From positions 3,797,688 through 3,861,687 of the forward strand of contig CP070758.1 in the NCBI GenBank assembly GCA_020348925.1: 64,000 bases of DNA, given 5' to 3'. The stretch is from Gemmatimonadota bacterium. GTDB taxonomy: Bacteria > JBHIER01 > G020348925. Positions 18,677-28,520 of the stretch are shown here, in pieces. Made by a program: the position numbers and the translations under genes. The stretch's first letter is position 1, and the number at the start of each line of letters is the position of its first letter. The notes below the pieces were generated by a model. It saw only the letters and a list, made by a program, of their open reading frames with translations, was not told where the DNA came from and did no database searches.

Positions 18677-19396
18677 ATGGTTATGAAATGCTTGGCCATT
18701 GATGACGAACCGCGTGCGTTGAAAGTTTTAGGAAATTACATCGAAAAGGTACCTTATCTGGAACTTAGCGGGAATTTTCGCGAAGCTCTGAAAGCGTTGG
18801 ATTATCTGCAGATCAATACCGTCGATCTTATCTTTCTGGACATCAACATGCCGGATCTTACAGGGCTTCAATTCTTAAAATCCCTCATACACAAGCCTCT
18901 GGTGATATTTACAACGGCGTATTCAGAATACGCCGTTGAGAGCTATGATTTCGACGCGGTCGATTTTCTTCTAAAACCCATTGAATTTGACCGGTTTCTC
19001 AAAGCCACCAATAGAGCTTTGAAACAGTTTCAGCTCATACATCAACTCGAGCGTTCCGACATCTCGAACTCGAAGTCCGAGGAGCGCGGCAAACACACCG
19101 TTCTCATTAAGAGCGGTTCTGAAACCCATCAAATCAAGATCGAGGACATACAGTATGTGGAAGGTGCAGGGAATTATGTGACCTTTGTAACGAGAGATAA
19201 AAAGATCATGTCTCTCCTGACAATGAAGGATGTCATGGATATCCTTCCTTCGCAACAGTTTCACAGGGTGCACAAATCGTACATTGTAGGTCTGAAGCAC
19301 ATTCGTCTCATCGAGAGACATCACCTTGAGGTGCGAGACAAGAAAATTCCGATAGGGAGACTCTACAAGGAGAGTTTTCTCAAAGCCTTCCGTTGA
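18677..19396 (+). CDS. LytTR-family response regulator
   Basis: IDDEP, FLDINMP, FTTAY, LLKP; LytTR domain YVEG.GNYV...F.RVHKSYIV...IPIGR.Y. Confidence 0.95.
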   Translation: MVMKCLAIDDEPRALKVLGNYIEKVPYLELSGNFREALKALDYLQINTVDLIFLDINMPDLTGLQFLKSLIHKPLVIFTTAYSEYAVESYDFDAVDFLLKPIEFDRFLKATNRALKQFQLIHQLERSDISNSKSEERGKHTVLIKSGSETHQIKIEDIQYVEGAGNYVTFVTRDKKIMSLLTMKDVMDILPSQQFHRVHKSYIVGLKHIRLIERHHLEVRDKKIPIGRLYKESFLKAFR

Positions 19397-19991
19397 TGTC
19401 CAGAAATCCCTTCTTACACCCCTGTATTCGGCAGGCGAAAGATGCCCAAGGGATCGCTGGGGTGAGGTGTATAATGATATGGGGCAATGCGATTGGAGGT
19501 GTGGAGGAAGGACTCTTAAGGGCTAAGGAACGGCGGCTTCCCCTTTGCGCGGAGTGCGAGCGCTCAGCGGCGAACTCCTGTTGTCCGGTGGCGATTGATT
19601 CCAGAGGGAAAAAGGAATTGGGCGTCGCGGTTGACTGGGGACCTGTCGCTGAACGATTAAGAAGCGATGGCAGTTCATATCTTTTCAAAATTTTGGATGC
19701 TCGGATAGCTCAGGATCTTCCGGTGGAAAATGACTTCTGTGGCGTCGAAAACTATTGGGGCCGCGATGAATTGTGAGCCAAATCGTGTCGTCTTTAACTC
19801 TATTTTTTCAACAAGAGGAAGAATCGATGGCGGAACAGCATGAGTCCCGTAGAAATATTACACTCGGAGAACAATAGCACGGGAAAAAAGATTTTATTCC
19901 CCCTCCAATCATTCTCGATCACCTCAACCCAGAACTCAATAAGGCTGGTGGTCCTGTGCCTGCCCCCAGTCAGCATGACAAAACTTTTTGC

Positions 19992-20020
19992 TTGACATCC
20001 TGGTAAAACTTTGTTAATCT
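19992..20020 (+). promoter_or_regulatory. Sigma70 promoter of the membrane operon
   Basis: TTGACA-N17-TAATCT with TG extended -10. Confidence 0.6.
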
Positions 20021-20166
20021 GTTCCATATTTTTTGGTGGGAGGACGTTGCAGAATCGGTCATGTCGGGGTTCTTTGGATCTTTTCTCTGATAATTCCAAG
20101 GGATCAAGCCAATTCGTGGATCGTTGGATGATAATGTTCGAAACAAGAGTCGACCGTGGGTAGCGT

Positions 20167-21111
20167 ATGGATTCCGTAATGACAAGATTGTCGTTCATCG
20201 TTTTTTTCTCCTCATTCTTACTTACGGCTACCGTCGCTCAGGGCACTGAGACACCTGAACCAAGCACACCGTCTCAAACAATGGGGAAACAGCTCCTCGT
20301 GAACTCGGATGCGAAGCAGTCGAAAGGAACGGATGCGGAGTGGATCCATTGGGAGCGGTTCAATGTTCTTGTGATTGTGGGGATCTTTTTTGTCTTCGTC
20401 ATTCTCCTGACGAACTGGGCCAAGAGGGGAAAAGAGCTTCGCATGCGAGAGATTGCTGGTATTCAGGCTATGGGGAAGGCCATTGAACAGGCGTCGAGAG
20501 AGGGCAAACCGGTCGTCTACGTGCCCGGGGTTTTCGATGTGGACAACATCCAAACCATTGCCAGCATGGCCATTCTTGTTCATGTCGCGAAGAAAGCTGC
20601 GGAGAATAATGTCAGACTTATTGTCCCGCTCAATCGAGCATTTCTTATCCCCCTGGCTGAAGAATCGGTAAAGAAAGGAATGGATGAAGCAGGAAAATTG
20701 GATGCGTATGATCCCGACAATATTCGATATTTATCTGACGATCAATTCGCCTACGCTGCAGCGGTGGACGGAATTATGCTTCGGGAAGAGCCTGCGGCGT
20801 CCTTCTATCTGGGAGGATTCGGCGCGGAAGCACTCATTCTGGCGGAGATAGGCCACAGCGTTGGGGCGGTTCAGATCGCAGGCACAGCCGAGACACAACA
20901 GCTGCCCTTTATTGTGGCCACATGTGACCACACCCTCATCGGCGAAGAGTTCTACGCTGCAAGCGCTTATATTTCAAAAGACTCGAAGTTGTTGGGTACG
21001 CTCAAGGCAGCAGATATTGTGAAAGCAACCATCATTGTACTGTTGGGTGTCGGATCGATTCTGGAATTCTTTGGAATTCCTACGATCAGTGGCTGGTTCC
21101 TTGTTCGGTAA
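20167..21111 (+). CDS. DUF6754-like membrane protein
   Basis: Signal peptide, TM, then R.IAG..A...AI..A..EGKPV, QFAYAA, G.F.AEALILAE.G...GA.QIAGT, TLIGEEFYAASAYIS. Family name recalled, not searched. Confidence 0.7.
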   Translation: MDSVMTRLSFIVFFSSFLLTATVAQGTETPEPSTPSQTMGKQLLVNSDAKQSKGTDAEWIHWERFNVLVIVGIFFVFVILLTNWAKRGKELRMREIAGIQAMGKAIEQASREGKPVVYVPGVFDVDNIQTIASMAILVHVAKKAAENNVRLIVPLNRAFLIPLAEESVKKGMDEAGKLDAYDPDNIRYLSDDQFAYAAAVDGIMLREEPAASFYLGGFGAEALILAEIGHSVGAVQIAGTAETQQLPFIVATCDHTLIGEEFYAASAYISKDSKLLGTLKAADIVKATIIVLLGVGSILEFFGIPTISGWFLVR

Positions 21112-21159
21112 TCAGCAAAGGGATTCGGCTCCCACGCTCGTCATCCCTGGAGTCAAAGA

Positions 21160-21786
21160 ATGCGACGGGAAATCCCGATAGCCATCACTTTTATTTTCGG
21201 GATCTTTATGATCCTTCAATACTTTGTGCAACATCCCGTGGTCAGTTTTCTGGCGAGCCGTTTTCAGCGGTGGGCCATCATTGTTCTCTCCTTTGCTTAC
21301 GTTCTGGGTGTCTCGAACATCCTCCGGGTGAATGGATCGAAGATACTTCGCAGAGAGAAAGACTGGGGGTACAAGCTTGTCTTGGTCTTGGCCCTCCTTG
21401 CTACTTTAGTGATTGGACTGGTTCAGGGTTTATCGAAGGGCACTTTTTTCATCGATCGCATCTATATGAAAATGTACATGCCCATGATGGCCACCATGTA
21501 CGCCAGCCTCGCCTTTTTCATTGCATCGGCTGCCTTTCGTTCTTTTCGCATTCGGACGTGGCAGACAGGATTTTTAGCGGTGACAGCCCTTATTGTCATG
21601 GTGGGGCGTATTCCCCTGGTCTACAATTTCGTTTGGACGCGATATCCGGATCTCGTCGAATGGATTATGAACGTCCCCAATGTGGTGGCCTACAGGGCGA
21701 TTCTCATCGGTGCAGCCCTGGGTGCGATTGCTACCGGTCTGCGAGTTATTTTCGGAATAGAGCGCTCCTATCTTGGAGGCGAATAA
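21160..21786 (+). CDS. Multi-TM hypothetical protein (operon gene 2)
   Basis: About six TM segments; ends RAILIGAALGAIATGLRVIFGIERSYLG. Confidence 0.8.
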   Translation: MRREIPIAITFIFGIFMILQYFVQHPVVSFLASRFQRWAIIVLSFAYVLGVSNILRVNGSKILRREKDWGYKLVLVLALLATLVIGLVQGLSKGTFFIDRIYMKMYMPMMATMYASLAFFIASAAFRSFRIRTWQTGFLAVTALIVMVGRIPLVYNFVWTRYPDLVEWIMNVPNVVAYRAILIGAALGAIATGLRVIFGIERSYLGGE

Positions 21787-21788
21787 AC

Positions 21789-22619
21789 GTGCTGGAAACC
21801 CGAAAACAGAAGGTATTCGACAGGCGCATTATATTCCTGAGCTTGGCTCTGGCTGTCATCATACCGCTTCTCCTGCCCGTCGGGGTACCGATGAAGGTGA
21901 GCCAACCGGTCAGGGATTTTTATGACAAGATCGAAAAGCTTCCGGCCGAAGCGAGGATCCTACTCTCATGCGATTACGATCCGGCAGCGAAAGCGGAAGT
22001 GTACCCAATGAATCTGGCCATACTCCGGCATCTCTTCAGGCGCAATATGAAAGTTGTCTCCTTCAGTTTGTGGGAGGGAGGACCGCCCATGGCAGAACGT
22101 GCCTTGAAAATAGTGGCTGAGGAATATGGCCAGATCTACGGGAGTGATTACGTCAACCTGGGCTTCAAGGAGGGTCGAGAAGCCACTATGGTGGCCATGG
22201 GAGAAAATATAAGAAACACCTTCCCGACGGATTATTATCGGACACCGATTGACAGCATTTCTCTTTTACATGATGTCAAAGATTACGGCGATTTTCAGCT
22301 TTTGATCAGCCTGACTGCGGGATATCCAGGAGGCAGGGAGTATGCGAAATATGTGCAGCCTCGCTTCGACATCCCTCTCGTCTGCGCTGTCGTGGCCACC
22401 GGAGTTCCGTTTCTCATGCCCTATTATCAATCGAACCAGATTTCGGGTCTTGTAACAGGGATTATTGGCGGGGCCGAATATGAGGAACTCATCGGCGCTC
22501 CGGGATGGGCGAAACGCATCATGGATCCTTTGACCATAGGTCATTTGATGATCATTGTGTTTATTGTCTTGGGAAACGTATTGTACTGGGTGCACCGGGG
22601 ATCTCGAGAATCTCGGTGA
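21789..22619 (+). CDS. Membrane-anchored hypothetical protein (operon gene 3)
   Basis: GTG 21789 directly after the upstream stop; TM, soluble domain (YG.DYVNLGF..G, GIIGGAEYE), C-terminal TM. The ORF-track start at 21270 overlaps gene 2 and is not real. Confidence 0.8.
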   Translation: MLETRKQKVFDRRIIFLSLALAVIIPLLLPVGVPMKVSQPVRDFYDKIEKLPAEARILLSCDYDPAAKAEVYPMNLAILRHLFRRNMKVVSFSLWEGGPPMAERALKIVAEEYGQIYGSDYVNLGFKEGREATMVAMGENIRNTFPTDYYRTPIDSISLLHDVKDYGDFQLLISLTAGYPGGREYAKYVQPRFDIPLVCAVVATGVPFLMPYYQSNQISGLVTGIIGGAEYEELIGAPGWAKRIMDPLTIGHLMIIVFIVLGNVLYWVHRGSRESR

Positions 22620-22636
22620 GAGGAGCAGGTTGAGCG

Positions 22637-23293
22637 ATGGAATTTTTCTGGACGACAGTGGCAGTACTTTTGACGCTCTGCGTCTTCAGCTTCCTGTACA
22701 AGGACAATCCCCTGTACAAGTTTGTCGAACATCTCTTTGTCGGTATCGCTGCAGGCTATGTGATTGCCGTACAGTTTCATAATGTGTTCGTGCCCAACAT
22801 ATGGCATCCTTTGACCAAGGGATTGGATTGGTGGCCGGTTGTTCCTCTCATTATGGGGCTCTTTCTTTTTGCCCGATTTTTTCCTCGGGGAGGATGGATC
22901 AGCCTCTGGCCGATGGCACTCATCCTCGGAACATATTCTGGGCTGGCGGTCATCGGCTTTGCCTCAGGTGATCTGGTTATTCATATTCAGTCCAATTTAA
23001 TCCCCATTATTGATGTCGGTTCCGTGAAGGCATTCGCAAAGGAGCCGGGCCTGTTCACGTTTTTGCAGACCCTCACCAACCCCCTCATTGTCCTGGGTCT
23101 CATCTGCACATTGAGTTACTTCTTCTGCTCCAAGGAGTACGAACGACTCACAAGAATAACTTCAAAGATCGGCGTCGCGTTCTTGATGATCGGATTTGGA
23201 GCGGGATACGGATACACGGTTATGACCAGAATAGCCCTGTTAATTGACCGTTTCTTTCTGATTTTTAGCGAGTGGTTGGGCATTATTCAGTAG
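22637..23293 (+). CDS. Multi-TM hypothetical protein (operon gene 4)
   Basis: LTLCVFSFLYKDNPLYKFVEHLFVG..AGY and FLMIGFGAGYGYTVMTR; about six TMs. Confidence 0.8.
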   Translation: MEFFWTTVAVLLTLCVFSFLYKDNPLYKFVEHLFVGIAAGYVIAVQFHNVFVPNIWHPLTKGLDWWPVVPLIMGLFLFARFFPRGGWISLWPMALILGTYSGLAVIGFASGDLVIHIQSNLIPIIDVGSVKAFAKEPGLFTFLQTLTNPLIVLGLICTLSYFFCSKEYERLTRITSKIGVAFLMIGFGAGYGYTVMTRIALLIDRFFLIFSEWLGIIQ

Positions 23294-23535
23294 ATTCAAT
23301 CACCCCTGACATTCGTAACAGTGGAAAGTCGAGAAAAGACAACGCCTCTGTCCGATTGTGCGTTTCATGAAATTTTCCCGTGAGAGGCCCGTTCCGAGCT
23401 CCATGGTTTTTGGTGAGGACCTTGGGGAATGTCGGAGTGCTTTCAGAGGGCAAGAGTACCGAGATCGAGATCTGTGTCCACTCTCTCGCGATGTCATAAC
23501 TGAAGTTTAGGATTGACTCACGGCGTTTTATATGA

Positions 23536-23541
23536 TACATT
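23536..23541 (+). promoter_or_regulatory. Sigma70 -10 element (with -35 TTGACT at 23513-23518)
   Basis: TTGACT-N17-TACATT with TG extended -10, upstream of ATG 23579. Confidence 0.5.
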
Positions 23542-23578
23542 AAAATAACCTGAAAGAAATCAAAGAAACTGAGGGAAC

Positions 23579-25071
23579 ATGATAGCGAAAATTTTGTTAT
23601 TACTCATCTTCATTGGTGGTGTACTCATTTTCCCCGGGCAGGGGACTTTTGCTCAGACCGAGGGTTCCGCTGACAGCATGACGTCTCGGGGGGAGAACGT
23701 TGTCGCGAGTCCTCCTGTCGATGTGGAGATCTGGGTACCGAAATTGCAGGGCTGGATTCACGTTGATGGGAGGTTGGGGGACGAGGGCTGGGTGCAAGCC
23801 GCACGGCTTGAAACGTTTTTTGAGACTGAGCCCGGAGATAATGTGGAGCCGTCCGTGGAGACGAAGGTTTGGATGACGTATGATGATCATACCCTCTACA
23901 TCGGTTTTCATTGTTACGATGATCCAACGACCATACGGGCGACGCTGAGTGATCGGGATCAATTCAGAGCGGATGATATAATTTTCATTATTTTGGATAC
24001 ATTTCAAAATTATCAGACCGGTTATCAGTTGGGAGTGAATCCCTATGGATTGCAGGTCGATATCCTTCGCAACATGGAAGAACAGGATGGGACATTTGAC
24101 ATTGTCTGGCACTCGGCCGGCCGCATTGTGGATGACGGCTGGGTGGCGGAGATGGCTATCCCCTTTAAAAGTTTGCGTTTCCCCAACAGGGAGGAACAGG
24201 AGTGGGGGTTCCATTGTATCCGACTCCGGCCCCGTGAGAGCTTAGAGGAGATCTCGTGGCCCTCGCGGGATCGGGATAATCCCTGTTTTTTATGTCAAGC
24301 CGCCGTGTTGAAGGGTATACGAGGTGTGAACGCCGGGCGCAATATGGAGATTCTCCCCTATGCGCTCTCCTTTCAGGCGGGGAGCTTGGAGGATAGTGAC
24401 GATCCCGAGTCGCCTTTTCAAAACGAGGATGTTGACGGTGCTATAGGGTTCAATTTCAAATACGGTCTCACCTCTGATCTCACTCTCGATTTTGCCTATA
24501 ATCCGGATTTCAGTCAGGTTGAGTCTGATGTTGCCCAAATTGACATTAATACCCCCTTTGCGCTTTTCTACCCTGAAAAGAGGCCCTTTTTCCTGGAGGG
24601 CAACGATATTTTCAGCAGCCAAATCCACGCTGTGTATACCAGAACGATCAATGACCCGATTTTGGCCGCGAAGCTTACAGGGCGAGTGAACGAGACCTCA
24701 ATCGGATACATCCTGGCCAAGGATGAGAGATCGCCTTTCATCGTGCCTTTCCAAGAGCAGAGCGATTTCGTCCCCAGTAGTGTGACATCAGTATCAAATG
24801 TGTTCAGGCTGAAACATGACGTCTGGGAGGATTCCTTTCTGGGTGCAATGGTTACGAACAGGGAGGTTGGTTCCGGATACAATCGTGTAGCCGGGGTCGA
24901 TGCGAGCATCAGGTTTTTCTCGGACTATCGCATTACAGTGCAAGCCCTTCAAAGCTGGACGCAGGAGCCCCCGGATACGAGTTTGTATGAAAATGGGGAC
25001 ACCCTGAGGTTTGATGAGGGTCGGTATAGTGCAAAATTCGACGGTGAAGAATTTCAGGGGCTTGGCTTGTC
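23579..25071 (+). CDS. CBM9-like plus DUF5916 exported protein, 3' end lost in the gap
   Basis: Signal peptide; VDGRL.D..W, YD...LYIG, GWVAEMAIPFKSLRF, NPDFSQVESD, LFYPEKRPFFLEG; open up to the N run. Confidence 0.85.
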
Positions 25072-25171
25072 NNNNNNNNNNNNNNNNNNNNNNNNNNNNN
25101 NNNNNNNNNNNNNNNNNNNNNNNNNNNNNNNNNNNNNNNNNNNNNNNNNNNNNNNNNNNNNNNNNNNNNNN
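25072..25171. other. Assembly gap (100 N)
   Basis: Exactly 100 N, the usual placeholder for a gap of unknown length. Confidence 0.99.
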
Positions 25172-25246
25172 CCAAGAAAATCCTTTTCCCATAAAAACAG
25201 ACTGGATGACAATAAGTTCATGGGAATCATAAAATTACATAATCCC

Positions 25247-25263
25247 TGCAACATCCGTACCAG
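25247..25263 (-). promoter_or_regulatory. Sigma54 promoter pointing into the gap
   Basis: Minus strand CTGGTACGGATGTTGCA = TGGYAC-N5-TTGCA, about 100 bp past the pilR stop. Confidence 0.75.
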
Positions 25264-25360
25264 TAAGGCCGCAGGAAACCAGCCACGAAAAAAACGCTGA
25301 CATTTGCAAAACGCCAGCGCAATATGCGGTAGACACAATCACCACCCTGGACCTCCCTCC

Positions 25361-26731
25361 TCAGTCCATCTCGTCCCGGGAATACTGGTACCGTTCTATT
25401 TTCCGATGAAGGGTGGACGGATCAATTCCCAACATCTCAGCTGCCTTCTGTTTGCGCCACTTGTTGGCCTGAAGCACCCAATAGATGTATGCCTTCTCGA
25501 TAGTCTCCATGGTCGGCAGAAAGGTATCGTCCACGAAGGCCATTGGCTTGAGCTTCGGATTTCGAACTGTCTCCGGGAGATGTTCAGGAGTGATGGTTCC
25601 GTTATCGCAGAGAAGGACGGCACGTTCCACCACATTCTCCAGCTCCCGCACATTCCCCGGCCAATCGTACTCGGTCAGAAAACGCATCGCTCCCTTCGAG
25701 ACGCGAACCGCCTCACCCTCGTTGCGCTCCTTCTCACGATCCAAAAAATAATTCACCAACAACTCCACATCGCCCCCCCGCTCACGCAACGGCGGGATCA
25801 CTGTCGGTATCACATTCAACCGATAGTACAGATCCTCCCGAAACTGACCCTCCTGAACCGCCCGCTCCAAATCGCGATTCGTCGCCGCAATCAACCGGAC
25901 ATCCACCTGCAAGGTCTCGGTACCTCCGACACGTTCAAACCGGCGCTCCTCAATCACCCGCAACAATTTCGTCTGCACGCGCAAACTGATATCACCCACC
26001 TCATCTATGAACAACGTCCCGCCATTGGCCATCTCAAATCGACCGATGCGACGCTCCTTGGCATCGGTAAACGCCCCCCGCTCATGACCGAACAACTCAC
26101 TCTCCACCAGGCCCTCAGAGAAAGCCGCCACGTTGGCCCGCACAAACGGACCCTCACAACGCAAACTGTTGTGGTGTATCGCACTGGCCACCAGCTCCTT
26201 GCCCGTACCGCTCTCTCCCCGAATCAACACCGTCGAATCCGACGGCGCCACCCGCACAATGTGCTCCCGCACCGACTCCATCTGAGAACTGCTCCCGATC
26301 AACCGATCCAAACCTCCGTTCCCACCGACCCACTCCCGCAACAGCCGATTCTCCCGACGCAATCCTGAAACCTCCAAGACGCGATCCACATAAGCCATCA
26401 ACTCCCGCTTCTTAAAGGGCTTCTCGATGAAAAAGGACGCTCCCGCGTTGAGCGCCTCAATGGCCGCCTCTTTGGTCCCATAGGCCGTCATGACGATCAC
26501 GGGAACCGTCCTATCAATTTCTTTTACCCGCTGCAGAATCTCCAACCCATGGGTGCCGGGCATCCGAATATCGGTGATGACCACATCGAACCGCTTCCCC
26601 CCTACCACTTCGAAGGCTTTTCTGCCATCCGTTTCCATCTGAACTGTAAAACCTTCCCGCTCCAACATGATCCTTAAGAAATCACACATGCTCTCTTCAT
26701 CATCTATGACAAGCACCGATTTGAATGCCAT
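25361..26731 (-). CDS. pilR: PilR-like sigma54-dependent response regulator
   Basis: REC, GESGTGKE, ESELFGHERGAFTDA, WPGNVRELEN, Fis HTH; follows pilC and pilS. Gene name rests on synteny. Confidence 0.85.
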   Translation of the reverse strand: MAFKSVLVIDDEESMCDFLRIMLEREGFTVQMETDGRKAFEVVGGKRFDVVITDIRMPGTHGLEILQRVKEIDRTVPVIVMTAYGTKEAAIEALNAGASFFIEKPFKKRELMAYVDRVLEVSGLRRENRLLREWVGGNGGLDRLIGSSSQMESVREHIVRVAPSDSTVLIRGESGTGKELVASAIHHNSLRCEGPFVRANVAAFSEGLVESELFGHERGAFTDAKERRIGRFEMANGGTLFIDEVGDISLRVQTKLLRVIEERRFERVGGTETLQVDVRLIAATNRDLERAVQEGQFREDLYYRLNVIPTVIPPLRERGGDVELLVNYFLDREKERNEGEAVRVSKGAMRFLTEYDWPGNVRELENVVERAVLLCDNGTITPEHLPETVRNPKLKPMAFVDDTFLPTMETIEKAYIYWVLQANKWRKQKAAEMLGIDPSTLHRKIERYQYSRDEMD

Positions 26732-26795
26732 TCTATCACTCCTTTCATACGGCTCAACTCTCAGGTCAGCACCCGGTGACCATAAGGGTCACTGT

Positions 26796-28520
26796 TTAGC
26801 AACATCTTGGCAGAGAAACGAGAAACGTGACCCCTTGTTCTCTATTATTCTCGATTTCAATCCGTCCTTTATTGTGTTCTAAAATTCTCTGAACAATTGA
26901 CAACCCGAGACCTGTTCCACTCTTCTTGGTTGACACAAAGGGTTCAAAGATGCGATCACGATCCTTCTCTTCAACCCCAACACCGGTATCGGAGACAAAG
27001 ATACGAACATCATCACCACTGTCTCGAGACGATCCGGATCCGTTACTCGAGTGCACACCAATCTTGAGCTCACCGCCCTCTGGCATCGCTTCAAGCCCAT
27101 TAACCAGCAAATTGATGAGAAGCTGTTTTAACTGATCTTCATCGAATTGCACTGAGATCGCTTGTACTCCAATCTCATTCAGTACGGTAATGTTCTTGTT
27201 GTTACTCGGATGATTTTCAATGAGAGAGAACACCTCATCGACAACATCGTTCAGAGAAACCTTTGTTGCCGTTGGCAGTTTGAGTCGGGAGAAGTCGAGG
27301 AATCCCTTGATAATTTTATTTAATCGCTCCGATTCTCGGACAATGAGAGTCATAAGCTTCTCGTTCTCACCGGACACGGGAACGGCCTCTCTCAAGACCT
27401 CAACCGCCCCACTGATCGATGCTAGGGGATTTCGAATCTCATGAGCGATCCCGGCTGACAATTCCCCCACGGCTGCTAAACGGTCGGCCCGCCTCATCAT
27501 CTGCTCCATTCGCTTCACATCCGTCAGATCCTGAAAGTTCACAATGACCCCACCCCTTCTCCCCTGCTCATCCTGCACGAGCGCTGTCGTGAGACCGATG
27601 GGTTTCATTTTCACCAGACCGCATTTGACGGTGATCTCCCGTCTCGAATGAATGATTCCCTGTTCTAAGGTCTCCATCATCATGCGTCCCAGATCGGGCA
27701 TTCGCTGGGCAAAAACCTCCTGACAGTATTTTCCCTTCACGTCGCCCTCCCTATAGCTCAAGATGTGCTCCGCAGCTTTATTGAAGTAGACGATCCTTCC
27801 CTCATAATCAACGGTGATGAGCCCTCCAGACATGTTTTTCATAATGTTGTCGGTGTCCAGGCGCATCCGTTTGAGCATGTTGGATGTCGTCTGTAACTCT
27901 TCGCCTTTGAGCCGTAGACGTTCCGCGAGATACCCACTGATAAATGCGGACAGGAAGAAAAATGAGATGTACAGATAGATGTTAATAAGCACAGCCTGAA
28001 ACTGATACGTCGAGGAGGAGAGTTGTCCCGCAAAAAACATTTCCGGAATAATCCCCTTAAATTCAGTCCAGATAAGCAGCCCGTAGACGAGACTCGACTG
28101 ACCGGCTATGAGGATACTCCCTTTGAGTCCCAAAAAGAGGCTGGCTCCGAAGATGGCCAGAAAGTACAGAGGAATGAGAGGACTGTCAATCCCGCCTGTA
28201 TAGTAGACGATCTCCGTGATGACAAAAATGTCCCAGATGAGCTGGGAATACATGAGATGAACGATCCCCGTCCCCTTCTTCACACCGATTTTCACACCAA
28301 ACCACACGAAGGCCGTCACAAGATACGTGGCCAACAAAACAAGGGGTAAGGGCCAGAGCACGGTGTTCAGTTTCAAACTTCTGAAAAAAAGATAGATCGC
28401 CCCTATGAGGAGGGTTAGGACCACGACTCGAACAAGAGACATCCACCAGACGCGGCGAATGAACTCCTCAGACCATTTGGAGGGTCCTTCCTTCAGTCCT
28501 TTTTGACCTTCCTGCTTCAC
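26796..28520 (-). CDS. pilS: PilS-like sensor kinase (about 6 TM, PAS, HisKA, HATPase)
   Basis: YYTGG..SP...LY TM region typical of PilS; AHEIRNPL; GTGLGL. Confidence 0.85.
   Translation of the reverse strand: MKQEGQKGLKEGPSKWSEEFIRRVWWMSLVRVVVLTLLIGAIYLFFRSLKLNTVLWPLPLVLLATYLVTAFVWFGVKIGVKKGTGIVHLMYSQLIWDIFVITEIVYYTGGIDSPLIPLYFLAIFGASLFLGLKGSILIAGQSSLVYGLLIWTEFKGIIPEMFFAGQLSSSTYQFQAVLINIYLYISFFFLSAFISGYLAERLRLKGEELQTTSNMLKRMRLDTDNIMKNMSGGLITVDYEGRIVYFNKAAEHILSYREGDVKGKYCQEVFAQRMPDLGRMMMETLEQGIIHSRREITVKCGLVKMKPIGLTTALVQDEQGRRGGVIVNFQDLTDVKRMEQMMRRADRLAAVGELSAGIAHEIRNPLASISGAVEVLREAVPVSGENEKLMTLIVRESERLNKIIKGFLDFSRLKLPTATKVSLNDVVDEVFSLIENHPSNNKNITVLNEIGVQAISVQFDEDQLKQLLINLLVNGLEAMPEGGELKIGVHSSNGSGSSRDSGDDVRIFVSDTGVGVEEKDRDRIFEPFVSTKKSGTGLGLSIVQRILEHNKGRIEIENNREQGVTFLVSLPRCC

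Noticed and set aside
19393..19776. 127-aa ORF, possibly an IS5-like remnant (VDW...LFKIL)
   Set aside because: Resemblance too weak; no DDE motif or terminal repeats.
25304..26368. 354-aa plus-strand ORF
   Set aside because: Antisense shadow of pilR; no motifs.
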